Assembly (NCBI RefSeq): GCF_006345805.1
Contig: NW_021835678.1
Coordinates: 1 to 25,777 of the forward strand
Origin: Octopus sinensis
Taxonomy: Eukaryota
Direction of reading: 5' to 3'
DNA length: 25,777 nucleotides
Below the pieces are notes generated by a model that was not told the DNA's origin, did not search any database, and saw only the letters and a list, made by a program, of their open reading frames with translations. Numbering within the stretch: the stretch's first letter is position 1; every line of letters starts with the position of its first letter. This document shows, piece after piece, positions 18,601 through 25,777 of the stretch. The position numbers were made by a program, and so were the translations under genes.

Positions 18601-19784
18601 TGCTTTTTCTCAGCAGTTTCAGCTCAGAGCCGTGGCCATGATGATGCACCGCCGTTTTGCTACACTGTTATTACTGAGAGCCTCCTCCAATATGTGGCAC
18701 TTGGTGAAGAATAGAGTTTGATGTAGCTACTCTCATTTGCACCTCTTGCGTGAGGGAGGTTCATCTGGGACTCTCGACAGGAAGAGGTCCAGTTTTGATT
18801 TGAACTGTATATTATTATCCTCAGCCCATCTGTAAATTGAGTCCAACTCCTGCTGCAGATGTGCAACATCGCTGGGGTTCTGTATTTTCTGCGAGACTTC
18901 GTGTGTCTGCGTAGCTAGCAAGGGTGGCTATCCGGGCAGTTGAGGGCATATCTGAGAGGGCCAGTATGAAAAGCAGTGGTCCCAAGACAGTATCCCGTGG
19001 AACACCGCTCACTATTTGTGTTTTTATTGAGGTGGCTCCATTGGCCACTACTGCCTGACTCCTATCTTTCAGAAAGTAATGTAACCATTCTCCGAGTTTT
19101 CCTGCTATGCCGAGATCACGCAGTTTGTGGCATATCATACCATGATCCACCTTGTCAAAAGCTTTTGCAAAATCAAGGTATATTAGTCCACATTTGATTT
19201 GTTGAATAACTGCCTCAACACCCAGTCATAATGTTTTAAGAGCTGGGTCAGGCAGCTCCTACCTGGTCGAAAGCCACGCTGGGCATCACTTAGCAAGTTA
19301 TTTTCTTCTAGGAATGCGATTAGTTTCCCTCTAACTATCCGTTCCATGACTTTGCTTATGTGTGAAGTCAGAGACAGGCCTATATTTTTTGGTACCTGCT
19401 CTACTCCCCCCTTTATGGATTAGGCATATTATTCCCTCCTTCAGCTTGCTTGGCAGTCTGTCATTTGCAAGAAGACCCTGGAAGAGAATACGGAGAGGTT
19501 TTGCCAGGACACGTTTACACGATTTGAAGAGGATTCTTGGGAAACCATCAGGACCAGCAGTTGAGTTTGTGTCCACTTCATCTATGGCTAGTAGTATATC
19601 TTCTTTGCTAATATCAATGTATTCCATTGTAATTGCCTCGCTGGTTATAGGTGAAGCGGAAAAGAAGTCCATTGGTTCGTTTACTTGTCTGTGTTCCAAC
19701 GGGATGGTAAAGACACTTTTGAACTGGTCATTGAATACGAAGGAGCCATAATACCTCACTGATTTTGGTTGGACTGTCTGAGGG
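18601..19784 (-). mobile_element. CR1-clade LINE (second family): 5'-truncated RT fragment joined by an internal deletion to the 3' end
   Basis: Across frameshifts: QFKSVFT, AGPDGFP, YRPVSLTSHISKVMERIV, GFRPGRSCLTQLL, KAFDKVDHG, GVPRDTVLGPLLF, YAD(D)T, then FKSKLDLFLSRVPDEP..SNSILHQ and a 3' tail. TA-rich sequence lies on both sides. Confidence 0.9.
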
Positions 19785-19789
19785 ATATA

Positions 19790-19882
<93 letters not shown>

Positions 19883-19895
19883 ATATATGTATATA
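19785..19895. repeat. (TA)n microsatellite
   Basis: Direct reading. Confidence 0.95.
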
Positions 19896-19964
19896 ATCTT
19901 TGAATGGAATAACAAAAAAACGGAACAAACACTGCTGGACGTTTTGTCCAACACTAATACCGTC

Positions 19965-20113
19965 AAAAGAACCCTAGTAGTTAGCTGGTACTTTATATTA
20001 TGGCCCTGGGAATGATAAAACAACGGTAACCTTGGCATGGTTTGAACTCAGAATGTAAAGGGCCGAAGCAATACCCTGAAGTATCTTATCCAATTCTGTA
20101 ACGCTTCTGCCAA
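19965..20113 (-). mobile_element. SINE family B, old degenerate copy
   Basis: AGCTGGTACTT, GGTTTGAACTCAGAATGTAAAG and TAACGCTTCTGCCA blocks align to 10800-10938. Confidence 0.6.
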
Positions 20114-20765
20114 CACACCGTGTCTCTCTAGATTCCTTATGCGAAACTTATTTTAAAATAAGGGTCACTTTGGATGATGTAGGTGCATTATGCCTGGATA
20201 AAATACAGGAATGTTACAACAGGAAAGTCTTTGATAATAAGTGAGGGTTGACAGCAGCACCACCACAACTAATGGAGTGTCTTGACTGCTATTTCCAGCA
20301 TGCCCCATGACCATAGACTCCTTCATTGGTTGTGGTTATTGTTGACGTTTAATTCCATCACAATCTTGGCTGATCAGTACGAAGAGCAGAGGGGCTCCAA
20401 ACATAACCATCCTGTTCTCTTTAGGGATTCAAATTATTCTTGTTTCAAAGACGGGGGTGTTGTTTGATTTGAGAGATTTGGGCTGCTATTTCTACCGGGT
20501 TGTAGAAATACAACGTCAATTTCTCCGTCATCCCGAGATGTAAAAGGTCATGTAGAAGGTCATTGCCGTTACAAAACCCGAAATGCCTCGTTAACCAGGT
20601 TGTCTGGAACTTATCGATTTCTAGTTATCAACTGGCTAAGTCCACCGCGCCGTAAAAAGACGTAAATCGGGCAGAACAAATACTGATTACTCTGTATGTA
20701 GGAGAGAAAGGTATCTATCTACAAACGCACACAAATGCAATACGTTTTTGTGTGTGTCTGTGTAT

Positions 20766-20939
20766 AAGTGGCTGCGTGGGAAGTAGCTTGCTTACCAACC
20801 ACATGGTTCCGGGTTCAATCCCACTGTACGGCACCTTAGCCAAGTGTCTTCTACTATAGCATCGGGTCGACCAAAGCCTTGTGAGTGGATTTGGTAGACG
20901 GAAACTGAAAAAAGCCCGTCGTATATATATATATATATA

Positions 20940-20982
<43 letters not shown>

Positions 20983-21078
20983 TGTGTGTGTATTTGTGTG
21001 TCTGTGATTGTCCCCAACCATCCCTTGACAACCGATGTTGCTGTGTTTACGTCCCCGTAACTTAGCGGTTCGGCAAAA
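20766..21078 (+). mobile_element. SINE family A, 3'-truncated
   Basis: Head through CTTAGCGGTTCGGCAAAA. Confidence 0.85.
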
Positions 21079-21082
21079 CTGT

Positions 21083-21160
<78 letters not shown>

Positions 21161-21401
21161 TATATGATATATATATATATATATATATATAATGTATTTA
21201 TATAATGTATGTAATGTATGTAGCGACATTTCCTCTCATAGATTCCGGATGAATTGTAGTTACTATCGATTAATCTAGAAACTGATCAAACTCCATATCG
21301 GAATTACAGATCAATATAGTATAGACACGTCGCCAATAATTCTTGATTAGGTCAGCTTTTAGAATGGCAAGTTAACTTACTCGACGCACCTGGCGTATGT
21401 A

Positions 21402-21775
21402 CTCTTTTACTTGTTTCAGTCATTTGACTGCGGCCATGCTGGAGCACCGCCTTTAATCGAGCAACTCGACCCCGGGACTTATTCTTTTGTAAGCCCAGTA
21501 CTTATTCAATCGGTCTCTTATGCCGAACCGCGAAGTGACGGGGACGTAAACACACCAGCATCGGTTGTCAAACAATGCTAGGGGACAAATACAGACACAC
21601 AAACACACACACATACATACATATATATATACATATATACGAGGGGCTTCTTTCAGTTTCCGTCTACCAAATCCACTCACAAGGCTTTGGTCGGCCCGAG
21701 GCTATAGTAGAAGACACTTTCCCAAGGTGCCACGCAGTGGGACTGAACCCGGAACCATGAGGCTGGTAAACAAGA
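21402..21775 (-). mobile_element. SINE family A, lacking about the first 25 nt
   Basis: From the tail CTCTTTTACTTGTTTCAGTC to GGAACCATGAGGCTGGTAAACAAG. Confidence 0.88.
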
Positions 21776-21884
21776 AATGTCACAAGGCGAGGGGCCTTAG
21801 ATAGGCGACGTGCGTTGAGTACTCTTGTGGTCTTCTTGTACTGTGCGACACAAACACGCAAGCACACACACGCACTTTGTTCTT

Positions 21885-21941
21885 TACCTACCTACCTACC
21901 TACCTACCTACCTACCTACCTACCTACCTACCTACCTACCT
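21885..21941. repeat. (CCTA)n microsatellite
   Basis: Direct reading. Confidence 0.9.
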
Positions 21942-22229
21942 GGTCAAATCGAATAGTCGAACATTAAAAGTAACAGTAACAAGATGACTTGCACATGGAC
22001 TGTATTAGTTCGACGGTCAGTAAAGGTGGAAAAAGAGAGGGTTTTTGATGTTTCGAGCATAACTCCTTTGTCCGAAAGGAAAACGGAAAAGTGTATCACG
22101 AACCACACGTGTGTGGTTACATGGCTGAAGTGACACCTACATAATACATACATTCTAGAGCACACAGTCACATGCGCGTCTGCACACACACACACACACA
22201 CACACACATTTTACTTGCTGAGTTTAGAG

Positions 22230-22519
22230 TCGTGGTTCTCAGTTAGGGTCCATATGTGCCCAGGTGTTCCATATGACCTTTGCGGGTGGGGGGGTGGGGG
22301 GTCCATATAAAGTTTTATCCTTAAGAATTTATGTGCAATAAATCGATTATACTTCTAAAATACATAAAATATTAAACTTTTTATACAATTCCTAATATTC
22401 AATTAGAAATAGAATGGAATTTTTAAACATCGAATGACTGTGTGTGGGGGGGGGTGTTCCAGTCGAGTAAAATAGGAATCAAAGAGGTCCATGGGTCCAG
22501 AAATGGTTAAGAACCACAG
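22230..22519. mobile_element. hAT/Charlie-type MITE, about 290 bp
   Basis: Degenerate TIRs TCGTGGTTCTCA and (rc) CTGTGGTTCTTAACC resemble the Charlie CAGTGGTTCTCAACC end. The 8-bp flanks GTTTAGAG and GTCTAGCG (6/8 identical) fit an NTCTAGAN target. Confidence 0.7.
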
Positions 22520-22705
22520 GTCTAGCGGAAGGAAGAGAACCTATAACCTTTGCCATCCCTTCGTGGCTGATAAGGTTGATGCCGATGGGATCTCGTTTAA
22601 AGGGTTGCAGGCTAAATAATACAGGTATGACAATGGCCAATTTTACACAAATGAAGCAGATTCTTTAAAAGTTAATTATTTCGCCATCTTAATTATTTCA
22701 TCTTT

Positions 22706-22900
22706 GACTTGTTTCAGTCATTTGACTGCGACCATGCTGGGGCACCACCTCCAAGGATTTTAAGCGAACAAATCGACCCCCAGGACTTGTTTTTTTGAAA
22801 CCTAGTACTTGTTCTATTCTCTTTTGCTGAACTGCTAAGTTACGGAGACGTAAACACACCACTTGTTATCAAGCGATGGAGGGGAGCAAATACACACACG

Positions 22901-22954
<54 letters not shown>

Positions 22955-23110
22955 TATATATATGATGCAGCACGAAGCTTTGTCAGTGAACAGGTCGTGG
23001 TCTCAAAGCGACGAAAAATATTTTGACAAATTAAATTTAAACGTTGAAGTGAATCTAACGGTTTTGTGTGTTTCTTAAATGGCTTATAAACACCTTCCAC
23101 GCTGCAATTG

Positions 23111-23146
<36 letters not shown>

Positions 23147-23275
23147 CAAGCTTATTTCAGTTTCTGTCTACCAAATCCACTCACAAGGCTTTGGTCACCC
23201 TGAGGCTATAGCAGAAGACAATTGCCCAGGGTGCCACACAGTGAGACTGAACCCAGAACCATGTGGTTGGAAAGC
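22706..23275 (-). mobile_element. SINE family A, older copy in two pieces (22706-22950 and 23145-23275)
   Basis: The 3' half and 5' half flank about 190 bp of unrelated sequence plus (TA)n. Confidence 0.65.
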
Positions 23276-24180
23276 CCAATTTGTCCAACAATGCAATTAG
23301 CCAGAGATAGTAGTCAATAAGGAGAAGCAGAGCTGAATAAAATATAGTCTAAGCTGAGTTGAAATCTTTACCCTACTTCACGGTTCCGCTTCATCAGGTG
23401 ACTGGTGACATCCTCTGTAATTCTGTTTAGAGCTTGTGATCGATATCAGGACAACTGCAAAACTACGTCCAGCTGTAACATAACACCGAATCATTTGAAA
23501 CAAAAGCATAACGTTTTATGGGTGATCGGAGAAAGAACTCACCCCCCAGTTTCTATTTTCTTCATCTCAGCTTCCACTCTCCTCCAACTCCTTCATTTTT
23601 AACTTGTCGCCAGTCTTCCATAGTTTCCTGTCCTTTTAGCAGCAGCAGCAGTTTTTTTTTTGTCAGTTTTCGTCCAAATGATTTTGCCTTTGAATTCGGA
23701 ATTCCTTCGCCCGTGCCACAACAGCTTGAATCTTATTAGCTGAGCCCGTTGAGTCTTCATATCATCCCTGTTTCTTTCTTCCTTCCTTCCGTTCTCTAAT
23801 GAATAATTGACAAATGATGATGTTTTCGAGTTTCTGTGGAGGCAATATGAAAGTGCAAACTTCATCTATTTCAGCAGAGCTGATCTGAAGAGTCGGTCTG
23901 TTATAAACCGATTTAATATTCATAGAATCAATAAAAAAAAAAAAGAGAGAACTGACTGTGAATTCCCAAATTACTGAATATCTGATATATTTATAGACTG
24001 AATGTGTGAGAGTGTGGGGAGGGGTTTAGTGCAACACGTAACGGCATTAGTTGTACATAATGTATGTTTTATACTGACAGCAATGTGATGAATGCATTAA
24101 TTACATTACAATTGGACCTAAGGGAGATAATCAATAGATTACTGGAACCCCCGCTTCCTGGCTTTTGCATCGATGTAACA

Positions 24181-24778
24181 CCATCCAAGAGGGGTGGGCA
24201 TATTTGGACACATATCACAAACTGATTTCATTTTTTGCTTCTTTCCTTTTTTTTCGTTTCATTCTTCTTTCCATCTCTCTTGTACTCAACCACTTACGGG
24301 TTCCCCCACTCACACCCTCACCCACACAGCCATCCAAGAGGGGTGGGCATATTTGGACACATATCACAAACTGATTTCATTTTTTGCTTCTTTCCTTTTT
24401 TTTCGTTTCATTCTTCTTTCCATCTCTCTTGTACTCAACCACTTACGGGTTCCCCCACTCACACCCTCACCCACACAGCCATCCAAGAGGGGTGGGCATA
24501 TTTGGACACATATCACAAACTGATTTCATTTTTTGCTTCTTTCCTTTTTTTTCGTTTCATTCTTCTTTCCATCTCTCTTGTACTCAACCACTTACGGGTT
24601 CCCCCACTCACACCCTCACCCACACAGCCATCCAAGAGGGGTGGGCATATTTGGACACATATCACAAACTGATTTCATTTTTTGCTTCTTTCCTTTTTTT
24701 TCGTTTCATTCTTCTTTCCATCTCTCTTGTACTCAACCACTTACGGGTTCCCCCACTCACACCCTCACCCACACAGCC
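24181..24778. repeat. Tandem array, 4 apparently identical 149-bp units
   Basis: CCATCCAAGAGG starts at 24181, 24330, 24479 and 24628. The internal T8 run has the same length in all units. Confidence 0.95.
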
Positions 24779-25070
24779 TTCCTTCTTTCTTTCTTTCTTT
24801 CTTTCTTTCTCCATCACCATTTCTTCCTCAAACCAATCATTTATTCCTCATCAGCACAACTTCCTCTTCACGCTCTTCCAAACCGTTTTCTTCTTAAATT
24901 CTTTCATTTCTCACATTTTACTTTTGTCATCCAATAATCTGCTGCCGAGGTCACGTGAACACATTACATACAACTCTAGTCTCGCACCAATTCTGATTCA
25001 TTCCTGCGCGCATGCGTACAACACTTGCAGTAACTAACATGTCACAGACAAAAATAATGCTTTAGTTGTC

Positions 25071-25480
25071 TCTTTACTCTTTTTCTCTTTTACTTGTTTC
25101 AGTCATTTGACTGTGGCCATGCTGGAGCACCGCCTTTAATCGAGCAACTCGACCCCGGGACTTATTCTTTAGTAAGCCCAGTACTTATTCTATCGGTCTC
25201 TTTTGCCGAACCGCTAAGTTACGGGGACATAAACACACCAGCATTGGTTGTCAAGCAATGCTAGGGGGACAAACACAAACATATACACACACACCCATAC
25301 ATATATATACATATATACGACAGGCTTCTTTCAGTTTCCGTCTACCAAATCCACTCACAGGGCATTGGTCGGCCCGGGGCTATAGCAGAAGACACTTGCC
25401 CAAGATGCCACGCAGTGGGACTGAACCCGGAACCATGTGGCTGGTTAGCAAGCTACTTACCACACAGCCACTCCTGCGCC
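25071..25480 (-). mobile_element. SINE family A, full-length young copy
   Basis: Head ends ..CTCCTGCGCC at 25480. Candidate 8-bp TSD TAGTTGTC (25063-70) / TATTTGTC (25481-88). Confidence 0.92.
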
Positions 25481-25777
25481 TATTTGTCATGACAATACTT
25501 CATTTTTTTTTTGTCTTGCAATTTATTTTATTTTTTAAGTCACACTTCAAAATCATTGGTGAAAAAAAACCCTTCGAGTATATTTGGTTTTAAGGGTCTG
25601 GACCACGTGGTTTCTGAATAAGACACACAAATGCACGCACACAACACTGGACCCATTTGAGGTTGCTTCCTTTTCCCTTTGTTCTTTTAAGATCATCTCT
25701 CAGCCTTTATCAACACTACACTTTCCCTCTTCCTTTTTTGTAACTCTGACTCTCCCTCTCTCTCTCTTTCTCTCTCT

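Noticed and set aside
23360-23400. Minus-strand CTGATGA-A-GCGG-AA-CCGT-GAAG
   Set aside because: GAAG instead of GAAA, and no stem III or stem I. At best a very decayed remnant.
23885-23915. CTGAAGA followed by a GTCGGT/ACCGAT hairpin
   Set aside because: No GAAA after the hairpin.
24181-25037. Overlapping repetitive ORFs, a CRISPR-like or retrozyme interpretation, and G-quadruplex potential of the 149-bp array
   Set aside because: ORFs arise from the repeat phase shift. There are no unique spacers, no ribozyme core and fewer than four close G3 tracts per strand.

Overview
AT-rich, microsatellite-saturated eukaryotic intronic or intergenic DNA. The SINE sequences and repeat landscape look like an Octopus (cephalopod) genome; this is recognition by eye, not a database result. 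I can support no intact host protein-coding gene. Most listed ORFs are translations of (CA)n/(TA)n tracts or of SINEs. Mobile elements: three tRNA-derived SINE families (about 15 pieces of the main one), 3' remnants of R4/Dong-like, CR1-clade (two families) and RTE-clade LINEs, a full-length 1286-bp mariner with a doubly frameshifted transposase, a hAT/Charlie-type MITE, and several Penelope-like (PLE) terminal-repeat fragments. The main unexplained signal is a dense set of type I hammerhead-ribozyme motifs from several unrelated repeat families. One is fully canonical (18431-18521, minus). One carries a compensatory U3-A8 core and lies beside the apex of a fold-back (14423-14461, minus). One is near-intact (7505-7552), and about six are decayed. 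Most have a palindromic stem III, as in dimeric PLE/retrozyme hammerheads, and several carriers end against (TA)n. Other notable structures are three fold-back rearrangements (one a SINE-mariner chimera beside the donor-like mariner), a 3' tail shared by a SINE and a CR1-clade LINE, a perfect 4x149-bp tandem array and a four-half-site nuclear-receptor motif cluster. All structures were derived by hand; no folding or searches were run.
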